64,000 bases of DNA from Lepidodermella squamata (Eukaryota; Animalia; Gastrotricha): NCBI GenBank assembly GCA_047495785.1, contig JBLDXI010000015.1, forward strand, positions 4,650,001 to 4,714,000, read 5' to 3'. A program made the translations under genes and the position numbers. Below the pieces are notes generated by a model. That model was given only the letters and a program-made list of their open reading frames with translations. It ran no database searches and had not been told where the DNA came from. Shown in pieces: positions 34,877 to 48,001 of this stretch (its first letter is position 1; each line of letters begins with the position of its first letter).

Positions 34877-37466
34877 ATGATGGCGATGACCGAGCGCTCG
34901 GCTATTAGCTTATCGACAGCCAGTGGCCGGCATGCATTTTCCGGCTCTGAGGCCGGCTCAGTTAATCTAAGCGACGGTCACGTCGAGCAGCCGATCAATA
35001 CTCAGAATGACACCTTATTACCACGACAACATCAGCAGCAGCAACAACAACAGCCGCTTGACCACAGCGAAGACGAGAAAATTTCTATTGATTTCGCTGC
35101 GAAAATTCACGCTGACGAGTATCAACTGGAAAAGCATCAAATCGAGCTGTTAGACGCCGACGACGGTGAGTCGCAAGACGACCAGCGGCCATTCGAAGCC
35201 GCTACTTCGGCTTCAATGCTGTCGCCGCGACACGGCGTGAGCTTCCGCGAAGAATTCGCTCGCCTGCCTGACTTTTCGCCGCCTAAAAATGTCGGTCGAA
35301 CAGCTTCACCGCCCTACCCTGCCGGCTACAGAATCTCACAGGGAGTCCAAACGCCAGTGTTGACGCTACTCGGCGGCCCCGATGAAGAGCGGGAAACAGC
35401 GCCATTCCACAACGTGACATTGAATGAGTTCGTGGGCAGAGATGTGCCCCTGCTCATCGGCGAACTGCCGCCGAAATCAGAACCCTCTGACTACGCCACC
35501 TTTTGGTCAGCTGTCAATCGCCTCAACGTCTGCGGCATTGTTACCGTCAACCTTGTTCGAGGTGAAAACGAGGGCGCTGAGCCGTCGCTTCCTTGGCCAA
35601 ACACTCCGGGTATGTTTTTGATAACTTTTCCAACGCTAATGAGCAATTTAAATTTTTTTTATCAGGAACTGAGGCAATGTTTGCCGGAAAAATAATCGCA
35701 CACAACGCTCATACCGAGACTTTTCGCAGTTTTCAAGCAACGTCTGTGCGTGTTCAAGACCTCGATTTCGGCTATGACCGCGAAATTGCGACCTGGTCTT
35801 TCACCGCCTGGCCTACAAGCCACGTTGTCCCGGCTCTACCGCATTTTTTCCTTGATTTTCTGCGCGTTGTCATTCAAAACACCTATTTCAGCTGCCGAAC
35901 AGGGCAGCCGCTCTTAATAATCGACAGAAACGGCCTTGACGTAGCGGGTCTGACAGCTGGTGTTGTAATGCTGTTATATCAAGCTTGCGAACAGAGGCGA
36001 GCCGATGTGTGGCGGTGTGTTTCCGATCTCCGCGCCGCTTGCCGACGCAACGTCGTGTCAAAATTCGCCATGTACGAATTTTTGTACGACTGCTTGCTTC
36101 AGGTTATGTGCGCCACACCTACTATCATGTCCGGCAACTTTCGTCGCGCCTTCCGCCACTTGCTACGCCGAGGTGCTCCTCTCGTCCGATCACCCCGGCA
36201 GAATGGCGATAACGCGAGACGTGTGGCGCCAATCATGGAACAATTCGATTTGGTATGCAGTCTCAGCGCAATGTATCGTAGTCGTGTTCTGGGTAAGAGC
36301 GCGAAGTCAACAACGCCTGGATCAAGCAAAAGAAGCAACTTCGAACCCCGCCACTACAAAAGCATTCGTTACTACAATTTGCCGTCATTCACCCATGCCA
36401 AGCATTTCATGGCGATTCGCGGCATTATTCATGTCAACGAATTGCTCGAACTGATGGCAAAGAAGTACAGCCGGACTTTGCTGTGGTTCTCCGAAACGCC
36501 ACGGGCCGACGAAATATTGACAGGGAATCAGCACGATGGCGTGTTGATCGGCGAAGTTGCGGCTTATGGTGTATTTTATTCCTACGAATTGGAGGCGCCA
36601 ACATCGCGAGGCCCGTGGCGCGTGACTGTCGTTCAATTCGTCGGCTGGCCTGCGTTTTGCGGAGAAAGACCCGCGAGGCCATGCCGCGAGTTGATCGTCA
36701 CCTTGCGCCGGGTTCTTGAACACGCTGATGCGGTTGCGTCCTCGTTCGCGTCGACGTGGCCCAATGAGGATGCACCGCTGCAGCCTGTGGCGACAGTGTA
36801 CGAGGCCGAGGCTGGCTGCTCGACGTGGCGAGGGGCGATGGCTGCGTTGGCTGCCTCACTTGACCAACGCATGTCTAGATTTCTTGAGGTGGATGTGTTC
36901 AGAACCGCTCAGATGTTCAAAATCTTTGATCCTGATAACATCGTCATTTCACCGGTAATTTCATATTCTTTTTTTTAAGCTGTTTTTCACTCATCGATTT
37001 TTTGTTTTAGAAACAGTACACGTGGTGCTTCAAAATGGCTTGGTCATCCTATTTGCTATCTAACGGCAAAGCTCGCCAGGCAGAACTCGAGGGTGGAGAA
37101 CCGTTGGAGACTACGAAACCTAAAGCTGTTTTAAAAAGCACTACATCCATAAAAAATGATGAAATTGCCGATTTCAACCCATACGGATCCGAGAAGTGCT
37201 TGTACTCCTTCCCGGCTATGCTAAATAATGGCGGCAGTTCAGATGATAACAGCTTGTCACTCGAGGATAGACCGATCGAACCACCTGTTGTGCCGGTTTA
37301 CCGCGAATTGTTGGGCGATCAAGGTGAATTGATGTCCAATGATCGAATTGATCAATATGAACTGCAACTAGATGGCAACATTTATCAACGTCAGTATTTG
37401 AAGAGCAGCCAGAATAGTCGAGTGAAATCAAATCGCAACAGTGTTAAAGCTAAAATATCGCTTTAG
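34877..37466 (+). CDS. Tandem-domain PTP-like pseudophosphatase (copy 3); exons ~34877-35609, 35666-36954, 37011-37466
   Basis: SPRHGVSFREEFARLP, FWSAVNRLNVCGIV, SFTAWP, PHFFLDFLRVV, PLLIIDRNG (in place of PIVVHCSAG), YEFLYDCLLQVM, SRTLLWFSE, FVGWP, WRG, VDVFRTAQMFK, KQYTWCFKMAW. Clear paralogue of 5666-9856. Confidence 0.78.
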
Positions 37467-38492
37467 CTTGCTTTTATTCAAACAATTGTAGAAATATATC
37501 GCTTCGACATTTTATATCGAATGCTTTTTTGAAATAAATTAACCGTACGCAACAATAAGGACCTCAATTTTTATGTGCCTTCAGGTAATATCAGAGGAAG
37601 CGTCTCTACCTGTATGAAATACTCAAAATCATCATTTTGTGCCATGTCGAGTAATTGAACTGCACTATTCCTAAAATTCATATCATGGTGTCTGGCAACG
37701 GTTGCGTTATTTCGACCCAACTGTAGGCATCGCCGAAGCGTGACAGCATGAAACGTTGCATAAAAATAAAAACAAGTTGAATTTTGACTATACGTTAAAG
37801 TTCTGTTGGCCATTGTTAAGCAGGTCGAATAAAACAATCGCCCGAAATTGCGAAAACCGATTACTACCTATTGTTATTTGTCACGTATACGGTCAGCAGC
37901 ATTAATTAAATCTTATCTTTTTGCACGAGTTATGCGATATCAAATGCCGAACTATTCACAATTAGGATTTTTTCCCTGAATTATCTTGACGCGATGGTGA
38001 TAGATATCTAGGAATAATGAATTATTATTTAATCACCTGTGCATATTATTACCAATCTCATTTTTGAAGCATTTTTCCGCGTATACGCCATAAAATTAGC
38101 TGGCTAGCCAAACGCTTGAGAAAAATAGTTTACGCAACTATTTGTAGACAGCCATGCGACGGTGATGAAAAATAGACCAGATATGTGCGGTCTTAAATAC
38201 CTAAAAGTGTAAGGTGTAAGTGTAAGCAACAAATGGAAGGGAGAGTCAACTCTCATGTTTGTTTGCACTGGCTAGTAAATTAGCCCTAAATCAGCCCTAA
38301 TAGCCTTCATAGCTGAATTATCACCAGGATATTCATTAATGATGCTATCCTACATGTAACTCGCCTCTACATACAGCATATAGCATGACCCTACAACCAA
38401 ATCTCTGTCTGAGGAACGACTGCGATTTCATAGCTTAGATCTTGCCATACCTAAAACTGTTCTTAATAAAATCGTAAAAAATTGATTGAGTC

Positions 38493-38580
38493 TGAAAGGG
38501 TCGCCACGTGCTCTAACCTTAACCTTGACCTTTAGACTTTTAGCTGCGCTTGTGCTAGTAGAAGCACGTGTCGCCTTTCA
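38493..38580. repeat. Short imperfect inverted repeat enclosing (TAACCT)n-like units; probable small non-autonomous element
   Basis: TGAAAGGGTCGCCACGTGCT ... AGCACGTGTCGCCTTTCA with internal TAACCTTAACCTTGACCT. Confidence 0.4.
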
Positions 38581-39030
38581 CTGTTTTCTAACTAATTAAT
38601 TGTTTATTTTGCGCCTTAATGGCTATAAAAGCAAAGGAAAAAATAATACTAAATCATCCAGTTGATCTGCTTCACTAACTTGCCTTTTGCATTTGTTATC
38701 AGTCTACTTGCTATTATCAGCTTTTCCCCGAACCAGGTCAGGGTAACCTATCCTATCTCTTCGTCCTCCGACTTCAAAAGTATTTTCGGTCGGCTCCTTT
38801 AAAGCATACGAATAATCCAACTCCTCCCAGGTTCAATTTTCCGCCGTGAGATGCCTTTTACTGCACCCGACTAATCGCCAAAGTTCTTTTGAAAATGCAA
38901 CGAAGGTTTATTCTTGAATTGCAAAGAAATCAGGAATAGGATTCGAAACCTGATTTGGAATCCAATATATTTCTCTTTCAAATAGGCTCCTGTGATTTGC
39001 AGATTATGAATTTGGTCAAGATTAAAAGCA

Positions 39031-40992
39031 ATGATTCCTACTCACGTCCGAGCTTTGAGAGGATATTTCACTGTTGTGATCGCTGCATTTCTTGCTGGAT
39101 ATCTGGTCTTTACGCAATTATGGAAAATTAACTCGAAAAGTCGTTTCCTGAGAAAAAGCGTATTCTCTCGATGGAACGATGGACAAAATTCAAGTAGCAT
39201 TTTACCCACGTGTATAATTCCGTACATCGAGCCAGATCCATCATGGATCCCTAAGGATTACAAGCCTCTTTCTTGCAATCATCATGATGGCAACAACTTT
39301 ATAAGAGTCGAGAGCGGCTGGGTACACGCTCAATTTCCGCCACTAGTCAATTGCACCATCACCAAAGTGAATTTGATCAGCGATTTCAAGGTCGCGCTGG
39401 ATTCGGTCTCAAAAAGCCTTCGACCTGGCAAATGGAAATGCCCGAGTGAGGTCTTTCAAGTTGAATGCGCCAACAGTTCGGACGGCTCAGTTTTGATGAA
39501 ACATGGATTTCGATGTATTACCAAGAAGCCTGAAGTGATAAATAGGATCAAATCGAGCAGAACTCACTCCACTGCGCAGCGAAAATTTGATGAAAAGCTC
39601 AACATTCTAATTCTGGGAATCGACAGCGTAGCTCGAGTGTCTTGGCTGGAGCAAATGAGCCAGTCAACAGACTATTTTATCAACACTCTGGGCGGTGTCG
39701 TATTTGAGGGCTACAACATAGTTGGCGATGGAACCACAGCTGCCATAATAGCCATCACCACAGGATTTGCCGAGGAAGAATTACCCGAGTCAAGACGCGG
39801 ATTCCCAGGCGCAAAACACGTCGATGAATTCCCGTGGATTTGGCGACAACTCGAGGACGAATACGTCACTTTATGGGATGAAGACTCGCCGAGCCTAGGA
39901 ACATTTCACTACCGTCTTTTAGGTTTCAAGAAACCACCTGTTGATTTCTACGGCCGGCATTATCACCTACATCTAGACTGGAAGTATCCTAAAGACTACT
40001 GTCTAGGAAATGTTTCAGTTTATGATCAAATGCTTTCGCAATTTCGAGAGCTTTTTTCAATATATCCTGATCCTATTCGCAAATTCGCCTACGTCTACAC
40101 CACTGAGTTCACTCACACGTCTGACGGTCAGGGCAATCAAAAAGCCTATGAGTTGGACATGCCGACTCTCGTCGAATTCCAGTCTTTGTATCAAGCCGGC
40201 TTCTTGAACAATTCGGTTTTGATATTAATGGCTGATCACGGGTCGCGCTTTTCCAAATCCCGAGCCACCGATCGAGGCAAAATAACAGAACGATTACCCT
40301 TTCTAGGCTTTGCTTTTCCGGAGTGGTTTCGCCGGAAGTATCCTCGATACATGGAGAACTTAAGGGAGGCAGCAACGAATCGCTTGACAACGCCTTACGA
40401 TCTTCATGCAACTCTTGCTGATATTGGTGGTGTCGAAGTTGATAAAGCAACGCCTGAACGAGCTATCAGCTTTTTTGACCCCATCCCTGCGGATCGAAGC
40501 TGTGAGCAGGCTGGTATTTCAGCCCATTGGTGCGTTTGCCTAGGAGATGAGGAAGCCACGGATCTGCCTTTGAATGATCCACTCGTTGCCAAGAGCTTGA
40601 AAGTCTTCGAGGAATTGGTAAATGGTTTGCTATTGGAGCAGATAAAAGCTGATAAGTGTCACAAAATCTCAGCAAATAAGCCATTTTCGGCTACAAGAAT
40701 GGCTTTAAGGAAAGAGGTAGCCCAGTTTGTCAAAACTAACGACGGACACGGCCGGAGGCCGCAATTCGACGAAAGTGCGGCTTCAAGTCAGGAGTACATT
40801 CAAGTGTCTTTCAGAACAACGCCAGGTGATGGCGAGTTCGAAGCTACATTTTTGCACGACTTGAAATCTGGAGAAGTTACGCTGAATGAGAAGCAGATCA
40901 GCCGGACAAACAAGTACGGATCTGCGCCGAAGTGTATACAAGAGCAATATCCATACCTACGCCAATACTGCTATTGCAAGAACCAAAGTTAG
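39031..40992 (+). CDS. DUF229 family protein (alkaline phosphatase/sulfatase-like superfamily), type II membrane anchor, intronless CDS
   Basis: LNILILGIDSVAR, FEGYNIVGDGTTAA, PWIW, DEDSP..GTFHYRL.GF.KPPVD.Y, MADHGSRF, RGKITERLP, LTTPYDLHATL, RSCEQAGI..HWCVC, SRTNKYG...KC...RQYCYC. Confidence 0.9.
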   Translation: MIPTHVRALRGYFTVVIAAFLAGYLVFTQLWKINSKSRFLRKSVFSRWNDGQNSSSILPTCIIPYIEPDPSWIPKDYKPLSCNHHDGNNFIRVESGWVHAQFPPLVNCTITKVNLISDFKVALDSVSKSLRPGKWKCPSEVFQVECANSSDGSVLMKHGFRCITKKPEVINRIKSSRTHSTAQRKFDEKLNILILGIDSVARVSWLEQMSQSTDYFINTLGGVVFEGYNIVGDGTTAAIIAITTGFAEEELPESRRGFPGAKHVDEFPWIWRQLEDEYVTLWDEDSPSLGTFHYRLLGFKKPPVDFYGRHYHLHLDWKYPKDYCLGNVSVYDQMLSQFRELFSIYPDPIRKFAYVYTTEFTHTSDGQGNQKAYELDMPTLVEFQSLYQAGFLNNSVLILMADHGSRFSKSRATDRGKITERLPFLGFAFPEWFRRKYPRYMENLREAATNRLTTPYDLHATLADIGGVEVDKATPERAISFFDPIPADRSCEQAGISAHWCVCLGDEEATDLPLNDPLVAKSLKVFEELVNGLLLEQIKADKCHKISANKPFSATRMALRKEVAQFVKTNDGHGRRPQFDESAASSQEYIQVSFRTTPGDGEFEATFLHDLKSGEVTLNEKQISRTNKYGSAPKCIQEQYPYLRQYCYCKNQS

Positions 40993-41828
40993 ATTTACGT
41001 GCTTCTATGAAATATTTTTAATGAAATGTATTGCCCAATAAAGAAATCAATGTGGATAATTTGCTCTTTTTGCTTGGATTCTTTTGGTTTTCAGGCAGGC
41101 AGACGAAATGGAATTTAGGATATTTTCAAAGTTAGGAATTTAGGAAAACAGAAACCCACAATAATTCGTATTCTTGCGGAAAAAGTTTGATTTTTTAACA
41201 ATAAAAAATATTATCAACGTCCGCTTTGGAATTTTCAACAAATAAAGATGGGAAAAGAGAAAGCCTGACAAGCTTATTGAGCCTGACAACAGCCTGCTTT
41301 CTCCCAAAAGCACCTGTTGGACCCAACGGAGTGCGTTTTTTGCTAACAGAAATGAAAAAGTGAATTGTTTTGACCAAACTTTATGAGTTTGTTTGCGATT
41401 TGGTGTCGTGTTTGTTTGGGCATGTTTGCCGAAGAAATTACTTGTTTGCGTTTGGATTTTATTTGATAGCTACCTATATACTATATATCCTTCGTTTGAA
41501 AGTTTGCAGACAATTCCAAACCCTATCTCTGTAGTTTAGGCATTCCTCTTGGTCACTGTCTGCCAATTCTAGATCAGCAACTTCAATCATTTCGATACTG
41601 CTTCCAACGACAATATGTTTCAACCAAGTTCCTCGCAGGCACACAAAAAAGCAGTCCAGTGTATATTTATAGCTTGCAAAGAGCCCTGTAAATTTGTCTA
41701 AATTGAAATTTAACAGTACTAAAGTTGTCCAACGTGTGTAGTTTTTTAAAGGTACCTATTCCATTATATATATAGGTACCCAATAATTAAGCATCATCAG
41801 TAAATAATTTTCAATAATCACAACTCGG

Positions 41829-42453
41829 TTTAAAATGAGTGAAAATAAATGCGCTACTAAAATGGGTAAAAGTGCTACTAAATTAGGTAAACTGCTTAAA
41901 TCGTGTAAATTGCTACTAATTCGCGCAATTTGCTACTAGTTTGAGAAATGCACTATTATGCTGAAAAACTTGGTGAATGAAAATTGTAATTATTTCAGTT
42001 GGCTTTACGAATTATGGTTCAGCCTGTAGAACTAATATCGATACCAATAATCGATTTTCAAAACGAAAGTTTTTTTCGAAATGGATGGGGGCTATCGGCT
42101 AAAACTTGCAATGATTGGTCAAAACTAGCCTTCTTAGATTCGAGAACAGAAAAGTCAAGGCATTCATGTATGCGGCAGTCATTTCCATGCCAATCACCAC
42201 GATTAAGATATCTCGTTTATATAGCAATTTTTCCAATTTACCATCACATTCCCAAAGTACTAGCGGTTTTGTCAAAATAGTGGCACTTCTCCACATTTAG
42301 TGTCATATTACCTGCTTTATCAACACACTTAACGTTTTATGCGCACTTGGACAGATTTAGTAGCACTTCGCGCGAAATAATAGCAGATTTTGTGTCTGTT
42401 TTAGTAGCAGTTTTACCGTTTATAGAGTGTCATTCGCACGCACCCGTTTAAAA
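41829..42453. mobile_element. Foldback/MITE-like element with about 20-bp subterminal tandem repeats in inverted orientation
   Basis: Left arm has repeated (T/C)GCTACTA units spaced about 20 nt; right arm has repeated TAGTAGCA. The reverse complement of the right arm (GGTAAAACTGCTACTAAA) matches left GGTAAAAGTGCTACTAAA. Confidence 0.55.
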
Positions 42454-45400
42454 TATCCTCAATTTCTGTAGCTTAACAGGCATTTCCCTTATGAATAAAT
42501 GAAATCAGTTGCAAACTGGGTACAATTTTAAGGGCTCACTTTTATGCTACCGAAAATCCAACGACCTGGTTTTACAGTCTCGCACAGGTGTGTAATTATA
42601 AATTCAGTACCGTATTTCGTGCCTGTAAATTTACGCATATTTCATACTGGCCTCCCAGTATTCCACTTGTTTCTCGCAGGAAAAATATCCGTGTACCAGT
42701 AACCCACATGCATGTAACAAGCAGATTATACACCTCAAATTCGTTTATAGATCAACAGAGCATTAGGAAGCTGCGGCTGAAACGTTTTCTCACCCCTTTT
42801 TATCGCTTTCCTCAACGGCAATCTAGAGATATTTTCTTGGCCATTTTCATATCATATTTGCAGCAAACATCCTGATGCGATGCATTAAATACGTTACGTC
42901 AGTTCAGCCTCGAATGCGCGCTTAATCGGCGGAAGTAAAATATGTATTAGCAGCACTCGACAATACCGCACAATCGCTATAAAATGAAGAATATGATATT
43001 ATAGTATCATATAATCGGAAATTGTTTTTTGTATTTATTGATAGATATATAATATATATAAAGATAGCAAAATGGCAAGTATACCCCTTAATAGACACCA
43101 TGTTGCTCGGTCTGTTAGGCGTTTTACGCAACATTGTGAATAACGAGCAAAGCTGACTATATCGTTACAAGAAATCGCAGCAAAAACAAAAGGAAACTGC
43201 GTTCTTCGCATCAGCGCGTAAGCACAGTCATTATAATGAGTAATAAAATCGAGGTGCGCTGCCTTTCTTTAGATCTTCTTAACGATAATGGATCTTCCTT
43301 TGTTGTTACTTTCCTTTAATTTCAGTCGTTTTATTACGAGCTTAAATTGCTGAAGTTGTATAATTTCTCGAACTAGATATTATCAACTCTGGTATTTATC
43401 GAATGCTTCGAAAGCAGATTCTCGCGTGAGGAAATTAGAATTTGAAGCTACTTATCAATTTTGATGCACCGACAAATTAAAATTTGCGGAACATTTCGAC
43501 TTCTCGCTCATTTTTACACGCACACAATCCTTTCGCCTCTGAAATTTCGCTGTATGATTGCGGTGCAGAGAGCGCTGATATTCGATCTCTCGCCCCCGCG
43601 CGCGAAAGGCATTTTATATCGTGAAGGCGAAATAATAACGACATGACGTGTAATAAGCATCAACTGTCATCCCATGCTGTCAAAGGTGCTCTCTGATTCT
43701 CGAGTATATGGAGCGGAATATTCGAGCATGGACCTTTCATCGAATTTACGGGAAAATTTGAACTGAGCGATGATATCGCATTATCGCAGATACTTCTCTT
43801 ATCGCACTCTTCTCTTAATTCAAAACTCTTCACTTAAAGATACAATTATCGAGGATACACAAGGGCCCATACGGGCGTTCTAAATTTTTAAGGCGGCCGC
43901 ATCGCTTCATTGTCTCGCTGTTATATATTATATACGACGCTTAAATAAGTATAGCGATAAAATAATAATTTTTCGTCAGCATTTCCTTCATCATCACTCT
44001 GTAATTTTCGAATATCTCTTTATCTATAAAGTTATATAAGTATTGAAATTGAATTATTCCAATTCTGTTATTATCCGTAATATCAATATTATATGTATTG
44101 AAAATCGTAGCCGCGTCGCGTTGCGCGATTCTGTGAAGCAGCCTTTTGTGGCTCCCGATTCGGCGAAGAGGCGAGAATGAGCCAACGAGTTGTCAAGCCG
44201 CTACTTCTGGGGCCACAAGCGCCACTTCTCGCCCCTGGCTTATTTTATCGTTATTTCGTTTGTACTATTTGCCAAAGAAATTTACGCGCTAAAATATATT
44301 TACCCGCATCGGCCACTCGAGCCCATAGCAAAAGTGATCATTTTCACTTTTTAAAACATATGCAGAGCTGTAATCGATGTAAAATTTCCGGAAATTTAAG
44401 ACGCAACGAAAATATTTGCTCGGTGCTGCATAATTTTTACACCTTTTTTGCAGAAGATTACTCGCGAGGTTTTATGCATTAAATTATTTTTATTTTTATT
44501 TTTTGTCATTGCTGTACTTGGCACAGGAAACAACAGCAAAATAACAATATCACACCTTGGAAGGCAATTACCTCGTTCTAGTATTGTAGCATACATCTTC
44601 TGTTTTTGAAATCTTAATCCATTGAATATCTGTGTTATAATCAATTTTATTGACAAAGCTCTGCGTTACATTATATATTCGGAATTTTTGTATAATCATA
44701 TAAATTTATCAAATCGCCGCCATGTCATGTAGGCTATATGTGGATCTGAAGCTCGCGCAACTCAAAAAGAAAAAATGTGTCGAGCCTCGATTTATCACGC
44801 AAAAAATCGTGCCCTGATGTCGATATTTCACAATGTAATGACATTACTATCATCATCCTCATCATTATCATCATCGATTTTTAAAGCTATCATGACATCT
44901 ACGAGGCTCGCAGCATTATGTACATGTCTCTTGAAAAATGTATATGTATATATATATATAAATTAAGTAGTAGCCCGGTAATCAGAATGGTTTTACAGAA
45001 AAATACATAGCTCTGAATTATTACTAAATATACACCTATCGTAAATGAAGCATAAATCTCGGTTTTAGATTTTTTTCTGTCGGTGCGCCCCACTTTCATT
45101 GTTTGCTCGAATTTATTAGTGCCCTAATAATTCGGCGCCGTCTCAAATAGAATTAGGTATGTTATTCTGTCGATAATTTTTAGTGAAAAGCCTAATAGGA
45201 ACCTATAAATAATTATGATTCAAGTATTCCTGCACGACTTAGTCACGCAAGTCGCCCGCGTGTGGCGACTGAAGTTATTTTTCGAAAGTCTATTGTATGC
45301 GTGATGCGTGAAAATAGGTAGTTAATACTTCCCCCGTAAAATATATCAGAAAATGTATATCTTTGCCTTTTCTTCTAATATTTAACCAAATGGTGGGAGG

Positions 45401-45880
45401 CAGCGCCTTCGAGATATGAGAAAGGCAGTTGAATGTTTACTTCGATTTCGAAAAATCCAACTTCGAATTCAACGTGAATCAGCTTCATAATTTAAGCAAT
45501 CTTGGATGGCACGAAATACAGAGACACTTTTTCTATACTCATGTACTCTCCTTTGTATCTGCAAAAACTCGGAGCTGCTCAGCTGAATCGTGCAAGAAAA
45601 AGTGATCGTTTTTATATAGGAAAATTCGAAAATAAAAAGTCCACCTTAAATTGTCACTTGAAATGTGTATCTATGTATTCTCCAAAGCACACAGAAACGC
45701 TTTTCCTGTATTGTTTTTTAGCCTCCTACTGCGAATGAATGATGGTCTCTTCCAATCTTTCTAATCAGATTTTTCAAATTCGATGCGTAATCTTTTCAAG
45801 CCTAATCTTTGAGAATGTTTGCTATCATTTTAGATGGGAAGATTACATTTCTATTGACTTCCTAATCACTCTCGGCGAAA

Positions 45881-48001
45881 ATGAGGAAAGCCGTCTCAAT
45901 GCGGCATTTCGTTTTGCTGCTAGTCTTGTCCTTCACAGCCGCCCTTGTTTTCATCTTCGGCGCCCCGCCATCAAGTTCGGTTGTAGCAATAAACAGCGCC
46001 ATGCATTTCGCCTTCTTGTCTGCTGGAGGTCAAGATTCTTTGTCCGCTGATCAATCTTTAGAAAATTCCGCCGAAGAAGCTTTCGATTTGGAGACCTCAC
46101 CCTTGGCAAATGGAGCAGTTAAAACGACGACATACGCTAAGCTGGCCTGTGTCATACCGTCCCTCGAGCCGGATCCGTCATGGATTCCGAAGCAATTCGA
46201 ACCCATCTCATGTGATCATAAGTCTGATATTGTGAAAATTGTTGAGGGCGGTTCAGTATTCAACAATTTACCGACTAACTCTTGCTCATACTCAGTTGTT
46301 TCATTCCGAGATGACTTTAGCACCGAGATATCAAAACATAGCATAGAACTGCCCAGCGGTCTTTCGCCATGCCCAGCTGATGTTTTCCGGGTGACTTGCG
46401 TCCGCGATTATCAACAGCTATTCCGATGCATCGCGAAGAAGCCTGCCGTAAACGAGCGACTGTCGAAGCCAGCTCCGAAATTGAAATCCGATCAAACGTT
46501 TCAAGATCGGTTGAATATATTGATGTTTGGTCTCGACAGCATTTCTCGCGTTGCGTGGCTCGAACAGATGTCGAAAACTACCGACTTTATGGTGAATACT
46601 TTAGGTGGTGTGACTTTTGAAGGCTACAATATTGTTGGCGATGGGACAACAGCAGCTATTCTCGGGCTCACGACAGGCTACATGGAGGAGGAACTCCATG
46701 AGTCGAGGCGAGGGTTCAAGGGAGCAGCGCCTGTCGATGATTTTCCTTTCATTTGGCGCCAGCTCGCAGACGAGGCTTCATACACGACGCTATGGGACGA
46801 AGATGGGGCTTCAATAGGAACTTTCCACTATCGATTGCAGGGCTTCGTGAAGCCGCCTGTTGACTACTACGGCAGGTTGTTCCAACTGACCTTGGAGCAG
46901 AGGTATCCAATTGATGCTTGCCTCGGGTCTGTTTCAACATTTGAAGAAATGGCGCGGCAATTTCGACATTTGTTCGCCGTTTACCCGGACCCAGTTCGCA
47001 AGTTTGCGCTTGTTTTCAACTCACACTATTCCCACACGTCAGCTGGCGAGGGCGGCCAGCAGGCGTACCGTGCTGACCCAATTCTCGCCGATCAGCTTAA
47101 ATTGCTGCATGAAAGTGGCCATCTCAATAATTCAGCATTAATTTTATTTGCCGATCACGGCTCACGTTATGACGGATCTCGAGCTACTGCGCGAGGGAAA
47201 ATCTCTGAGCGCTTACCCTACCTCGTTATTGCGTTACCAAAATGGTTCCGCGAGAAGTATCCCAATCAAATTAGGAATTTGAGGACAGCCGCCCGCCGCT
47301 TGACGACACCGTTCGACCTTCACGCAACTTTGCTGGACATCGGGGGTGTCTACGCCCGGCCTGGGCTGCCATCGCGAGCTATAAGCTTCTTCAAGCCCAT
47401 CCCAATCGATCGAACTTGTGAAGATGCAGGAATTTCAGCTCATTGGTGTAAGCACTTGAGAGCACTCGTTTTTCATTTGTCCTAACTCACGTACATTTCA
47501 GGCACATGTTTGGCATCTCAGGGAAATGGAACGGAGCTCAAGCTCAACGACCAACTAGTCACGCGTGGTTTGGAAGAATTCACCAACTACGTCAACACAG
47601 TCCTTCTCGCGGATCATGCGGCCGAGTGCGTACCGCTGCGTGCTTCACGGCCTTTCGCTGCCCGTCGGTTGTCGCTACGCCAAGAAGTTGCTCAATTCGT
47701 TAAAACAATCGACGGGCATGGCCGAACGCCGCAGTTTGACGCATCGGCGAAATCAGCCGAGTCCGGCCAATTTGTTCAACTGTCTTTTTGGACAACGCCA
47801 GGTGACGGTCAATGGGAGGCGACATTTGCGTTGAACACAACCTCGAACGCGATCACCATTTTGCCTAAGCAGATGAGCAGGACGAATAGATATGGCTCGG
47901 CGCCGAAATGCATACAGGATCAATTTCCTCACTTGCGACAATATTGCTTCTGCAAGCAAAGGATCCTAGATGATAACAACATCAGCGTCACCTTGTCCTA
48001 G
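45881..48001 (+). CDS. DUF229 family protein (copy 2); intron 47448-47501
   Basis: GLDSISR, EGYNIVGDGTTAA, FADHGSR, LTTPFDLHATL, HW|CTC, SRTNRYG, RQYCFC; close paralogue of 39031-40992. Confidence 0.9.

Noticed and set aside
38280-38530. CCCTAA/TAACCT units suggesting interstitial telomere
   Set aside because: Only 2-3 degenerate units; better explained as part of a small repeat element.
41000-45800. Numerous 60-100 aa ORFs in AT-rich gaps (also 56000-58900)
   Set aside because: Compositionally random, mostly non-ATG starts, with no domain motifs or exon structure.
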